From an uncultured Candidatus Saccharibacteria bacterium (lineage in GTDB: Bacteria; Patescibacteriota; Doudnabacteria; UBA920), in contig CAYQEU010000001.1 in assembly GCA_964416765.1 (NCBI GenBank), positions 212,480-276,479 of the forward strand: DNA of 64,000 nucleotides, written 5' to 3'. The translations under genes were made by a program, and so were the position numbers. The notes under the pieces were generated by a model. The model saw only the letters and a program-made list of their open reading frames with translations. It ran no database searches and was not told the origin of the DNA. Shown in pieces: positions 40,575-49,837 of this stretch (positions are counted from its first letter, which is position 1; each line of letters begins with the position of its first letter).

Positions 40575-41042
40575 TTACTGTTTTAATTCTGCCAGCGCGG
40601 CCTTGGCATACTGGATTTCCGCGGGGCCAATTGGCCCTTCAATGTGGTCGAGTTCTTCTTCGGTGAACCAACGGCACTCTACTTCAGCTTCATCTTCTTC
40701 CAGTGTTATATGGTCAGACTTGGCCCGGGCAAAATACAGTAGGTTTACGTGTTCATGGTCTTGGTTGATGTTATGCCGGGACAGGAACCGGGGAGGAATG
40801 AGTTCCTTGTAGCCTGGGATTTCCACGTAGATTTGGTTCTTTGGCGGCACCAGCTCAATATCCAATCCTACTTCTTCTTTTACTTCCCGGATTGCGGCCT
40901 GATTCGGATCTTCGTGCGGTTCTATGTGGCCGCCAATTCCGAGCCAGAGACCGTATTTGTCGTGGGTGCGAAGCAATACTTTGTTGTTGTAAACCACCAT
41001 GACGCCGACGGTGAAATCTATTTTATCGTGGATATGGGACAT
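40575..41042 (-). CDS. NUDIX hydrolase
   Basis: GGHIEPHEDPNQAAIREVKEEVG Nudix box. Confidence 0.9.
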   Translation of the reverse strand: MSHIHDKIDFTVGVMVVYNNKVLLRTHDKYGLWLGIGGHIEPHEDPNQAAIREVKEEVGLDIELVPPKNQIYVEIPGYKELIPPRFLSRHNINQDHEHVNLLYFARAKSDHITLEEDEAEVECRWFTEEELDHIEGPIGPAEIQYAKAALAELKQ

Positions 41043-42133
41043 TATTTATAGCCGGTTAAAAGTTTACTTTCACGTTTGAATCGGGCAATAGCGAGTTCAA
41101 TGAGTTTGTCGATTAGCTTGGGGTAGGAGAGTCCGGATGCCTGCCATAGCTTGGGATACATGCTGATTTTGGTAAAGCCGGGGATGGTGTTAACTTCGTT
41201 CACATATACCTTCCCTTTAGCGGTCATGAATACGTCAACGCGCGACATCCCCTCGAGGTTTAATACCTTAAAGGTTTTCAGCGCGAGTTCCTGGATTTCT
41301 TTCATTTTTGCTTTGGTTAGCCGCGCGGGAATTTCCAACCCCGCGCCATCTTCGTCTATATACTTGGCTTCGTAGGAATAAAATTCATGGTGCGGGAGAA
41401 TCTCGCCAACTACGGAAGCCTTGGGGTTTTCGTTGCCCAAGACCGCGCATTCGAGTTCACGGCCCTTAATAAATTCCTCAACAATAATTTTAGTGTCGAA
41501 TTGGAACGCTTCTTTAATGGCCTTTTTGAATTCGGCTTCATTATGGGCCTTGCGCACACCAATGGACGAGCCCATATTGGCGGGTTTTATAAATACCGGC
41601 ATTTTGAGGGAGGATTTTACTTTCTTAAAGTCAATCTTATCGGCAAAGGTAAAGGTAAAAGATTTGGCGGTATTGATCCCCGCTTCCTTCAGTAACCGCT
41701 TCATTACGTCTTTGTCCATGCCCACTGCTGACCCTAAGACTCCTGGCCCCACGAATGGAATCCCGGCCAGCTTTAATAGTCCCTGCATTGTGCCATCTTC
41801 ACCCAAGGGGCCATGGAGTACAGGGAATACGACGTCAATCTTTCCGGCGCTGCCTCTCTCTAAAGTCACTAATTCGCTTGAGCTGTCGGCGCGCATGACC
41901 GCGGTATTGTTCGCCTTATTCAGTTTTATAAGGTTGGGGTCGTTACCGTTCAAAAGGAAGTTAGCCTCGCTCTTATGCCAAACGCCTTTTTTGTCGATGC
42001 CGATTAATACGGGTTCATACTTGGTTTTGTCCAGGGCATCAATAACGTTTTTGGCGGATTGCAGGGAAACTTCGTGCTCGGCGGACTTGCCGCCGAAAAT
42101 AATACCGACTCTAATTTTTTTCTTTGCGCTCAT
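41042..42133 (-). CDS. ddl: D-alanine--D-alanine ligase
   Basis: GGKSAEHEVS, HGPLGEDG, MDK, KPANMGSSIG, FYSYEAKY, EVNTIPGFT. Confidence 0.97.
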   Translation of the reverse strand: MSAKKKIRVGIIFGGKSAEHEVSLQSAKNVIDALDKTKYEPVLIGIDKKGVWHKSEANFLLNGNDPNLIKLNKANNTAVMRADSSSELVTLERGSAGKIDVVFPVLHGPLGEDGTMQGLLKLAGIPFVGPGVLGSAVGMDKDVMKRLLKEAGINTAKSFTFTFADKIDFKKVKSSLKMPVFIKPANMGSSIGVRKAHNEAEFKKAIKEAFQFDTKIIVEEFIKGRELECAVLGNENPKASVVGEILPHHEFYSYEAKYIDEDGAGLEIPARLTKAKMKEIQELALKTFKVLNLEGMSRVDVFMTAKGKVYVNEVNTIPGFTKISMYPKLWQASGLSYPKLIDKLIELAIARFKRESKLLTGYK

Positions 42134-42135
42134 TG

Positions 42136-42990
42136 TTATGGTAATTGGTTAGTATCTATGCCGTTGTTACGGTAATTTTCATTTAAGCCGTCCAAGGCGG
42201 CCATGTCTTCTTCTGTGATGTCAAAATTAAAGACATCAATGTTTTCCTTAATGCGTTGTTGGTGGGTTGATTTGGGAAGAGGGATACATCCGTGCTGCAT
42301 GCTCCAGCGAATCAAAACTTGCGCGTTGCTTTTGCTGTACTTTTGGGCAATCGCCGTAATCCTCTCATCACCAATGCGGGAACCGTGAATGAGTGGGCAA
42401 TATGCTTGAAGCAATATGTTCTGGGAAGCACAGTAATCCAGCAGGTCTTTTTGGTATAGAAAAGGGTGGAATTCAACTTGATTTACCGCGGGGGTTATTG
42501 TGGCGTATTCTTTCATTTCTTCCAAATGCTTTATGGCATAGTTGGATACGCCTATAGCTTTGGCTTTTCCGGCGGCATAAATTTCTTCCATGGCTTTCCA
42601 GCTTTCTTTCCGTTTGGGCTGCACACTTTGGATTAATTCCCCAACCGGCCAGACCGGGATTGGCCAATGCACCAGGTAGAGATCCGCATAATCAAGGCCG
42701 AGTTTACTTAGTGATTCATCTATGGCTGCGTGGGCGCTCTCGTATCCCTGGTCCGCGTTCCATAGTTTTGTCGTTATGAACAGTTCCTCTCTGGGAATTC
42801 CCGATTTCTTTATGGCTCGTCCGACTCCTTCTTCATTGCCGTAAATTTTCGCGGTATCAATCAACCGGTAGCCAGCTTCAAGCGCCCACAGCACTGCCTG
42901 CTCCACGTCGGTCCCATCGCTGACTTTCCAGGTACCCAGACCAAGGTGGGGAATACTGACGCCATTATTTAAAGTTAGGGTTTTTTCCAT
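42136..42990 (-). CDS. Aldo/keto reductase
   Basis: GLGTW, IDTAKIYGNE, TKLW, LYLVHWP, IGVSN, NQVEFHP, LPKS. Confidence 0.95.
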   Translation of the reverse strand: MEKTLTLNNGVSIPHLGLGTWKVSDGTDVEQAVLWALEAGYRLIDTAKIYGNEEGVGRAIKKSGIPREELFITTKLWNADQGYESAHAAIDESLSKLGLDYADLYLVHWPIPVWPVGELIQSVQPKRKESWKAMEEIYAAGKAKAIGVSNYAIKHLEEMKEYATITPAVNQVEFHPFLYQKDLLDYCASQNILLQAYCPLIHGSRIGDERITAIAQKYSKSNAQVLIRWSMQHGCIPLPKSTHQQRIKENIDVFNFDITEEDMAALDGLNENYRNNGIDTNQLP

Positions 42991-43001
42991 ATGTTTAGCG
43001 T

Positions 43002-43586
43002 TTACTTCTTGTTCCAGGCGCGCGCCAGCTGGTTTATTAGTTCACCAAGACCTGTTTTGTCTACGGTGGAAAAGGGAATAACCGGATAAGGGGCCGCCGC
43101 CTCCGATACCAGCTTGATTTGTTTTGCTTGTTCGCCGCGCTTGAGTTTATCAATCTTATTAGCCAAAACAATTACGTTTTTACTGCTCTGGGACAGGTCA
43201 GCGAGCATCTCTCGGTCGAGGTCAGTAAGGCCAACCTTAGCGTCCACTATTAACACGACCGCGCCCTGGGAAACTTCCGATTCAAACAGATACCAGTCGA
43301 TGAGTTCACGTAAAATTTCGCGGTTCTCTTTGGAGCCGCGGGCAAAGCCGTAACCGGGAAGGTCAACCAGGTAAAACTGCTTGTTTATTAGAAAAAGGTT
43401 TATTACTTTAGTATGCCCCGGGGTGGGGCTGGAGCGTGCCAAATCTTTTTGCTGGGCCAGAACATTGATGACGCTGGATTTGCCAACGTTGGAGCGGCCA
43501 ATAAAAGCGACCTGGGGGGTGCCGTCATAAAGGACATCGTCGTCTCCAACCAGGCTTTTAATGAATTTTGCGGAAGTTATTTTCAT
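43002..43586 (-). CDS. engB: Ribosome biogenesis GTPase YsxC/EngB
   Basis: GRSNVGKSS, DLPGYG, NKID. Confidence 0.95.
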   Translation of the reverse strand: MKITSAKFIKSLVGDDDVLYDGTPQVAFIGRSNVGKSSVINVLAQQKDLARSSPTPGHTKVINLFLINKQFYLVDLPGYGFARGSKENREILRELIDWYLFESEVSQGAVVLIVDAKVGLTDLDREMLADLSQSSKNVIVLANKIDKLKRGEQAKQIKLVSEAAAPYPVIPFSTVDKTGLGELINQLARAWNKK

Positions 43587-43602
43587 GCTCTTTTATAGTA
43601 CC

Positions 43603-43633
43603 AAAAAACCGCCCGGTAATATAGGGCGGTTTT
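43603..43633 (-). terminator. Intrinsic terminator
   Basis: AAAACCGCCC...GGGCGGTTTT inverted repeat. Confidence 0.75.
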
Positions 43634-43648
43634 GCTTGTTTAAAGGAT

Positions 43649-44467
43649 TTACCGGTCGGAATTGGAGTTAATTGGGAAATTGGCGTTGCCTCTTGCGTTA
43701 ACATTTCCGCTGCTGGAGGCCTTAAAGCCAGCTAGCAGCTTCACTATTTTACCGGCATCCTGCCGGGCTGTTTTCAGGTCGGCGACCGCTGTTTTAATCT
43801 TTGCCCGGGCATCCTTCAAAGCTTGGGCATTGGTTTGCGCGACTGTTTTATCACCATTATCCGGTTGTAATCCAGAAACCAGATCAATGGCAGCCTGAGC
43901 CTGGGTATTGGCATCGAGTATCTTGCTGTGCATTTCCGCCATAAGAGCTACTGCTGAGCTGGTGTCGTTTCCGTCTGTCTTAGCCTGGTCTAAGCGGGCT
44001 TGCAATTTGGTTTCGAACGAGGTCATAAGGCTGACTATATTCAACACACGGTCCGCGGCTGCTTCAATGCGGCCTTGGGGCAAAACCAGCATGTAAATTC
44101 GGTAGCCCTTGGTAAGTGACTGGGAATCTTCCCTGATCGCCGCGATATCTGTTTCCCCTCCTACTTTTGTTTTCAGCTGGTTCATGTCCGTAATGGATAC
44201 CTGGATAGAAGCCGTTAGGGAGGTTTTTTCCGGGGCTGACAGCCGTTTCATTTCGTTGATCCTCGCGGTCAACTCATTCATTGCTTTGATTCGGTTGTCA
44301 ATTTGGGTGGTTGTCTTGGTCCGCAAAGCTTCGGCGGCAGTGTCAGTCCCGACGCGGGTATTGCTTTGTTTGCTTACGGTCATGGCTTGGGCACCAAACG
44401 CTGGTAGCGTCACCGCACTAATAGCAAGGATAGTGAGGGCGGCGGAAAAGAAATTTAGTTTTTTCAT
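43649..44467 (-). CDS. Secreted coiled-coil/helical hypothetical protein
   Basis: Signal peptide ending AQA; amphipathic helical body. Confidence 0.75.
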   Translation of the reverse strand: MKKLNFFSAALTILAISAVTLPAFGAQAMTVSKQSNTRVGTDTAAEALRTKTTTQIDNRIKAMNELTARINEMKRLSAPEKTSLTASIQVSITDMNQLKTKVGGETDIAAIREDSQSLTKGYRIYMLVLPQGRIEAAADRVLNIVSLMTSFETKLQARLDQAKTDGNDTSSAVALMAEMHSKILDANTQAQAAIDLVSGLQPDNGDKTVAQTNAQALKDARAKIKTAVADLKTARQDAGKIVKLLAGFKASSSGNVNARGNANFPINSNSDR

Positions 44468-44484
44468 GTTATTGGAAAAGTTAA

Positions 44485-44784
44485 TTACTGGGGATTAGCG
44501 CTTTGGTCCATTTGGTTTGCGTCGTTTCCCAAATTATTCATCTGGTTATCTATATTATTGAGGTCGGTATCCAGAGAAGAATTTGAGTTGTCTGAATTGG
44601 TAGTTTCGGAATTAGCGTTACCGTTTGTTGCTTCACTATTGTAATTTGCGGAATTATCCACGGTATTCGCTTCGTAATTGTTGGCGTTATTGGTATAGGA
44701 ATTACGGGCCAGCGCATACCACACCGCTCCGATTAGCAATATGATCACTACTAAGATGCTGGCTATTTTGGCGTTTTTTGACAT
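44485..44784 (-). CDS. Small membrane-anchored Asn/Ser-rich protein
   Basis: N-terminal TM and low-complexity N/S/D tail. Confidence 0.7.
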   Translation of the reverse strand: MSKNAKIASILVVIILLIGAVWYALARNSYTNNANNYEANTVDNSANYNSEATNGNANSETTNSDNSNSSLDTDLNNIDNQMNNLGNDANQMDQSANPQ

Positions 44785-45053
44785 AGGGAAAGTTTATTTA
44801 ATGCTAAGCCATAGGGCGGCGTACCACCCTACTAAGTATACACCCAATCCGTCATTTATATCGCTCGCCACACAGGGCAAGTTTCGTATTAATGTGCCAC
44901 AATGCGTCTTCATGATTCTTCATTAAATCTTTATCTGGCTTACTCGAGTTATAGCCACTTTAGTTAAGCGGTAAAAAAACCGACACCTTTTGGGGACTAT
45001 TCCGTTTATTAATACAACTACAAATTAACGCATCAATGAAGGAGGTGAAAAAT

Positions 45054-45152
45054 ATGCCAAAGGATAATGGAGGTCAGTTCCAGGAGGGAAGTGACCGTGC
45101 TCGTGAAGCCGGTCAAAAGGGGGGTCAAAGCAGCAGTGGGGGTAATCAATAA
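45054..45152 (+). CDS. KGG-motif stress microprotein (YciG/GsiB-like), 32 aa, absent from the ORF track
   Basis: MPKDNGGQFQEGSDRAREAGQKGGQSSSGGNQ; AAGGAGGTGA SD upstream. Confidence 0.8.
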   Translation: MPKDNGGQFQEGSDRAREAGQKGGQSSSGGNQ

Positions 45153-45187
45153 GTTTTAACTTAATCTATATGAGGAGGTGAGTATAT

Positions 45188-45274
45188 ATGGCACGAGGAA
45201 ACCAAGATTCAAAACGTGATTCCCAAGGGGGAAATCGCAAACAAGGGGACAGTTCCCACGATAGTAATAGATAA
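45188..45274 (+). CDS. Hydrophilic microprotein, 28 aa, absent from the ORF track
   Basis: MARGNQDSKRDSQGGNRKQGDSSHDSNR; GGAGGTGA SD upstream. Confidence 0.65.
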   Translation: MARGNQDSKRDSQGGNRKQGDSSHDSNR

Positions 45275-45371
45275 ACATTCCGCACGGCATTAATGCAAAA
45301 ATACGATCTTTTTTACTCTGCAAAATATAAACTATTTTGCAGAGAATAAAGGCTCGTATAAAGATAAATAT

Positions 45372-45569
45372 ATGAGAAAAAACTTAAGTATAACAGTGGC
45401 GGATGTACGACGGGGCATGAAATCCAAACTCACCAGCTTAAAGCAAATTAGGGTGGATTGTTCAAGGCAGTTGAGGAGCTTTGGGCTGGGACTAAGGCTC
45501 CGGGTCAAAAACAGGTCTGTTAGGTCTGATATAGTGCCCCGGCACGGGCTAAGCAAGATATTCCGTTAG
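45372..45569 (+). CDS. Small basic hypothetical protein
   Basis: 65-aa R/K-rich ORF ending just before a terminator. Confidence 0.35.
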   Translation: MRKNLSITVADVRRGMKSKLTSLKQIRVDCSRQLRSFGLGLRLRVKNRSVRSDIVPRHGLSKIFR

Positions 45570-45576
45570 GATATAG

Positions 45577-45609
45577 AAAAGGCAGCCGACGTTAATGGTC
45601 GCTGCCTTT
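45577..45609. terminator. Bidirectional terminator-like hairpin
   Basis: AAAGGCAGC...GCTGCCTTT between convergent ORFs. Confidence 0.7.
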
Positions 45610-45625
45610 CCGCTGTTTATCACTG

Positions 45626-45784
45626 TTACTCTGCGTTGTCTTCCTTGCACCCGACTACGCTGCCGCAATCCTTACAGGAAGTAATCTCCCTGTCCATCGG
45701 TGCTCCGCATCCTGATGCGGAATTTGAACGCCAAGTAAAAGTATTATTATGGTCGCAATCTTCTGGTGCTAGCTTCTCAACCAT
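45626..45784 (-). CDS. Cys-rich microprotein (52 aa), possible metal binder
   Basis: GGGAGGAG SD before ATG 45784; CDH, GCG, CKDCG, GC motifs. Confidence 0.6.
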   Translation of the reverse strand: MVEKLAPEDCDHNNTFTWRSNSASGCGAPMDREITSCKDCGSVVGCKEDNAE

Positions 45785-45828
45785 GGTCTCCTCCCGAATA
45801 TAAAATTGACTGCGAGTTAAGTATACCA

Positions 45829-45853
45829 AAAAACCGCCTTTTAGGCGGTTTTT
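45829..45853 (-). terminator. Intrinsic terminator
   Basis: AAAAACCGCC-TTTTA-GGCGGTTTTT. Confidence 0.8.
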
Positions 45854-45856
45854 ATG

Positions 45857-46153
45857 TTAACCCCGGAAATTCCTCATTCGGTCGTTAAATTGGCGGCGGC
45901 GGAACTCTTCGTCCAGTTCTTCGGTGCTTTTTTGCGGCTGAACTTCTTGCTCTTGTTTCTGCATGAATTTTTCCGTCAGCTTGTCTATTGCTACTCTGTC
46001 GTCGTTTTCGGAGCTTTCTTCTTTACCGGATTCTTCTCCTGTCTGTTCATCAGTACTCTGTTCATGGCGCCTTTGTATATCTAAGTCAGTTTCGGGGATG
46101 CTGTCTACCGGCGGGATGGAGTGGCTTTCAAATGAGATTTTATTTTCTGGCAT
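45857..46153 (-). CDS. Acidic hydrophilic hypothetical protein
   Basis: 98-aa E/Q-rich ORF co-oriented with the CPBP gene. Confidence 0.6.
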   Translation of the reverse strand: MPENKISFESHSIPPVDSIPETDLDIQRRHEQSTDEQTGEESGKEESSENDDRVAIDKLTEKFMQKQEQEVQPQKSTEELDEEFRRRQFNDRMRNFRG

Positions 46154-46157
46154 TTAG

Positions 46158-46895
46158 TTAAGATATTAAATGAAGCAAGAAAGGAATGAGAACAAACATT
46201 GTCAGGTCAGCGGTGGCATGAGAAAACATGGCCGACGGCAATCCTTTTTTCCAGTACAGCCAGCCGAAGACCAATCCGCCCAAACCGTTCAAGACGATAG
46301 CACGGACGACCACCAAGGGGGTAATGGCGGCGAGCGCAGCAGTCGCCGGTAAATGGCCCAGGCCAAAGAGTATTGCCGCCAGTACTATTGATGCCCACAT
46401 TAAGCCAGTGTGATTTTTAGGTTCGGCGACGCCGCCAATTTTCGCAAATATCCAAACGAATAGCGATACAAAGAATAATCTCATAAGCAACTCTTCAACA
46501 ATCCCGCCGTACAAAGGGACTATGAGCATTTTCCAGGTATCAATTTTTACTGATTCTATGGTTAGGTTGGGAAGAAACCGGCTGAAAGCATGGTCACCCA
46601 CGGTGATGAGCACCGCCGCTAGTACTCCAAGAGCAACAGATATCGCAATTGTCTTGGTTTTGGTTTCATTATTATGAACTAAGTCGGTGGAAAGTCCCGT
46701 AGCGCGCGCCGCTCTGAGGCCAAAGAATACTGCGACCGCTAGAATTACACTAGTTTGCACCAGGATTAGCAACACTATGACCGGAAGAGGAAAAGGCGCG
46801 TTTTTTAGGGAAGACTCTAATAGGGACAGGATATAAGGAATTCCTGCCGCGGTTCCAAGAAGCCCTAAAAGCAAATAGCCAAAAAATCTTTTCAT
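46158..46895 (-). CDS. CPBP (CAAX/Abi) family intramembrane metalloprotease
   Basis: EELLMR (EExxxR), FGLGH, HATAD motifs. Confidence 0.9.
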   Translation of the reverse strand: MKRFFGYLLLGLLGTAAGIPYILSLLESSLKNAPFPLPVIVLLILVQTSVILAVAVFFGLRAARATGLSTDLVHNNETKTKTIAISVALGVLAAVLITVGDHAFSRFLPNLTIESVKIDTWKMLIVPLYGGIVEELLMRLFFVSLFVWIFAKIGGVAEPKNHTGLMWASIVLAAILFGLGHLPATAALAAITPLVVVRAIVLNGLGGLVFGWLYWKKGLPSAMFSHATADLTMFVLIPFLLHLIS

Positions 46896-47092
46896 AATTT
46901 AGTATAACAAAAAACCGCCATTGTAGGCGATTGAGTGGTGGGTGGGGTCTTGGCTGGCCTCCTCGGTCGCGGAAAACCCAAACTACAATATCCATAGGCT
47001 TTCCCAGCCGAAATTATTATACCAATTTTGACCCTCCTCGGACAGGCCAAAATGAGACAAATAAGACACTATAAAAAGGGGTGCTCAGTGTC

Positions 47093-47602
47093 TCATTTAT
47101 AAACGCATAAGTCCATTACTATTGGGTTAACAACCAAATAAATCTGCCACAACAAGAGAATTGAAAATATTAAAAATAGGGTTACAAAAATCAGTTTTTC
47201 TTTTGACCAACGTTCTTTAGCGATGACTGGATATTTTTGTTTAATAATTTCATGGAACTTGCGGAAGAAGGCCACAAGAATATAGGCAAATCCTAAAAAC
47301 AACAAACTTTTTAGTGCCTGATTGCCGGATGTAGTGTGCGGGACTCCGCAGTAAGATTGGGCAAGAAAAATTAAGAGTGATATTTCCGCAGCAACAAAGA
47401 ATAAGGCCCTTAGTACCACAAATCCGGCCATAAACATTATTATGGCGAGCAATGCTATCAATACCACCCCTTCAGTAATTCCTAGAGCTGCAAGGAAATG
47501 GCTTCCAAAATAACGATACCCAAGAAAAAATAGGCCAGTAATCACTAACGAAAAAGCGGCAGGTAGTATATTTTCTTTGCGAAGCAAAAGCTTTATATTC
47601 AT
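47093..47602 (-). CDS. Multi-TM hypothetical membrane protein
   Basis: 169 aa with 4-5 hydrophobic segments; start overlaps the upstream stop. Confidence 0.7.
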   Translation of the reverse strand: MNIKLLLRKENILPAAFSLVITGLFFLGYRYFGSHFLAALGITEGVVLIALLAIIMFMAGFVVLRALFFVAAEISLLIFLAQSYCGVPHTTSGNQALKSLLFLGFAYILVAFFRKFHEIIKQKYPVIAKERWSKEKLIFVTLFLIFSILLLWQIYLVVNPIVMDLCVYK

Positions 47603-48687
47603 AAAAGGTTATTCTTGAGTTTAACATTTTTCTTATCAGCCTGGACGTATTTTAATAAATCCTCCTCCCGCTCCAAGCCCCTGATCCGACCAGATACAAA
47701 GCCAAGGCGATAATCTATTCCTTCACTCATTAAACGCCAATTAGAGCCTTGTAGAGCTTTTTGGATGGCATTCTTCAAGTCTTTCTTACTGGTGTATTCA
47801 TCTCTGCCTTCTTTACTGTCGACGGCAGTAAAACCGACAACAACATCCTTAGTCATCTGAGGCGGCTGAAATTGCATACTAGTATATCCAGCGGCCTCAA
47901 ATACTGGGGCTAGAATTTTCTGGACTTCACCGAACGGTAGCTTTTTTATTTTGGCTATCGCATCGTATAAATCTTTATTTTTATCTCTTTCTTCCCACTC
48001 TTTGGCAAGCCTGCCCATTTCCATCAAGCGATGATATTCTTCAACGGCTTTATCTCCCTTTTCTTTATCAAAACAAAACCGCTTGCGGTCTTCTTCATAG
48101 TGCTCGTCAGGCTTTTCTTCTTTAATATGCAAGTCTAGAGTTTCGACCTCGGCATTGCCGCAACTATCACAGTTGTAAGTTATGGTAATAACTTCTCCGT
48201 TTCTTTCATCTTGGGAAGACATCTCGTGCTGACACTTTAAACACAAGTGAGGCTTAGTTATATATTCTTCGTTGTCCTCATAAAAAGCCCGTCTAGGCAG
48301 GCACTTATTCGGACAATCGTAGAAGAATAGAACCCGCTCAGATTCACCCTTGATGTCAAGGTGTTTGCTTGTACTACTCATCCCGGAGCCGCATTTCAGG
48401 CATTTTACTCCTCTGGGGGCAATAGCGTTCTCTTCGTGTTCATCTCTGCGACGATCGCGCTCCATCCATTCCCGAATAGTTTCTGGCTTGCGCATATATC
48501 GCTCGGCGCATTCGTAATACAGAGTTAGCTGATGGACAACGTATTGGGCATGCTTTTTATCCTTTTCTTGTCCTTCGTATCTGGACATATCCTGATTTAA
48601 CACAGCATCTTCCGATATTCTACATCGGCTGACAGTTATGGAGTCATAGAGGTCGCTATAATAAATTTCGTCTTTAAGATGCTTCAT
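47599..48687 (-). CDS. Hypothetical protein with several CxxC zinc-binding motifs
   Basis: CLKC, CPNKC, CLKC, CDSC; charged helical regions. Confidence 0.75.
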   Translation of the reverse strand: MKHLKDEIYYSDLYDSITVSRCRISEDAVLNQDMSRYEGQEKDKKHAQYVVHQLTLYYECAERYMRKPETIREWMERDRRRDEHEENAIAPRGVKCLKCGSGMSSTSKHLDIKGESERVLFFYDCPNKCLPRRAFYEDNEEYITKPHLCLKCQHEMSSQDERNGEVITITYNCDSCGNAEVETLDLHIKEEKPDEHYEEDRKRFCFDKEKGDKAVEEYHRLMEMGRLAKEWEERDKNKDLYDAIAKIKKLPFGEVQKILAPVFEAAGYTSMQFQPPQMTKDVVVGFTAVDSKEGRDEYTSKKDLKNAIQKALQGSNWRLMSEGIDYRLGFVSGRIRGLEREEDLLKYVQADKKNVKLKNNLL

Positions 48688-49829
48688 ACTTTTACATCCT
48701 GCACTTCAATGTTATCACCAAAAAATTCTTGGACAAGTTCGTTATATCGATAGAAGTCTCCTAAGATTTTCATTGCAAGCTCGAGATCTAAACTACCATC
48801 TATTCTAAATAATTTAATTTTACTACATTTTATCTTTGTGTCTTCGGCTCCCGAGCTCCATTTATAAGCTACTCTTCTATTATGTTCTTCGGAAGTGTAG
48901 ACCATTACAGCAGGATCAAAGTGTACAAATTTTTCTATATTTTTATTCCAAAGCATATGAACATACTTATGGAGAATATATTTGTTAGACTTAGCTGGTA
49001 TAATTTCTTCTATCTCAATTGATTTCATACCATCTTTAGTATTACTAATATAAAATTCGGTCCTTATTAGCGAATAGGCGAAGTCTAGTAATGGGTCTTC
49101 TGTGCTTCTTGTGTGAATAGTCACTCCCTTAAAATTAGGGTCGTTCATTCTTCCAATACTAAATTTAGGACCAAACCAATGATCCATTTCTATAAGCTCA
49201 CTAACCTGTAATGTACGTGAAATCCTTATAGGATCCAAAGCTAAACTTAGTTCTAAATTTTTATTTTGAGACACTTCTCGCAAGTAGGCAGTTATCTCAG
49301 TGAAATTGACAGAATGGTATCTACGTAGATAAGGATGGTAGTAAATCCTATACATGTTTTTATATATAATATACTGATTTTCTAAACGAAAGTCGGGAGT
49401 TATTTTTACCAATCCATATCTATCAAATTTTAAATCTGTTATAACATCAGACAAGTTAGATTTTCTTATATCCTTGAAAATAAAATCTTCCTTTTTTGGA
49501 TAAAGACTCCAAAGATCGCTCTCAATTAAATGGCAAGCATATACATCGGGAGAATAATTGCTTTTGCTCACCATGAAGTGAACGACAGGGTTATTTATTT
49601 TCAAAAAATCTTCAACCGCCTCAGTAGTAAGTATGCCGACCTGGGCTCTATACATTTCGATTAAGCATCGTAAATTATAACCAATATCTGATTGGGCTTC
49701 CATATAACGATATATCATCAACGGAAAGATGTTTTCATTAGCCAATTCTTTACACAAAATCAAAAGATAATGCTCAGCTGAGCTGAGCATCTTTTTATCA
49801 TTATCGAATATAAATTTAGCAATATTCAT
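48684..49829 (-). CDS. AT-rich hypothetical protein (island cargo)
   Basis: 381-aa ORF, translationally coupled to the downstream gene. Confidence 0.75.
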   Translation of the reverse strand: MNIAKFIFDNDKKMLSSAEHYLLILCKELANENIFPLMIYRYMEAQSDIGYNLRCLIEMYRAQVGILTTEAVEDFLKINNPVVHFMVSKSNYSPDVYACHLIESDLWSLYPKKEDFIFKDIRKSNLSDVITDLKFDRYGLVKITPDFRLENQYIIYKNMYRIYYHPYLRRYHSVNFTEITAYLREVSQNKNLELSLALDPIRISRTLQVSELIEMDHWFGPKFSIGRMNDPNFKGVTIHTRSTEDPLLDFAYSLIRTEFYISNTKDGMKSIEIEEIIPAKSNKYILHKYVHMLWNKNIEKFVHFDPAVMVYTSEEHNRRVAYKWSSGAEDTKIKCSKIKLFRIDGSLDLELAMKILGDFYRYNELVQEFFGDNIEVQDVKV

Positions 49830-49837
49830 TTTAGCAA

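Noticed and set aside
44485-44784. AAC/AAT-rich stretch as a DGR template repeat
   Set aside because: Explained by an Asn-rich coding tail; no adenine-variant partner repeat was found.
46958-47042. Repeated CCTCCTCGG near the left island edge as an att site
   Set aside because: Both copies are on the same side and no match was seen near the right end; 9 nt is too short to support the call.
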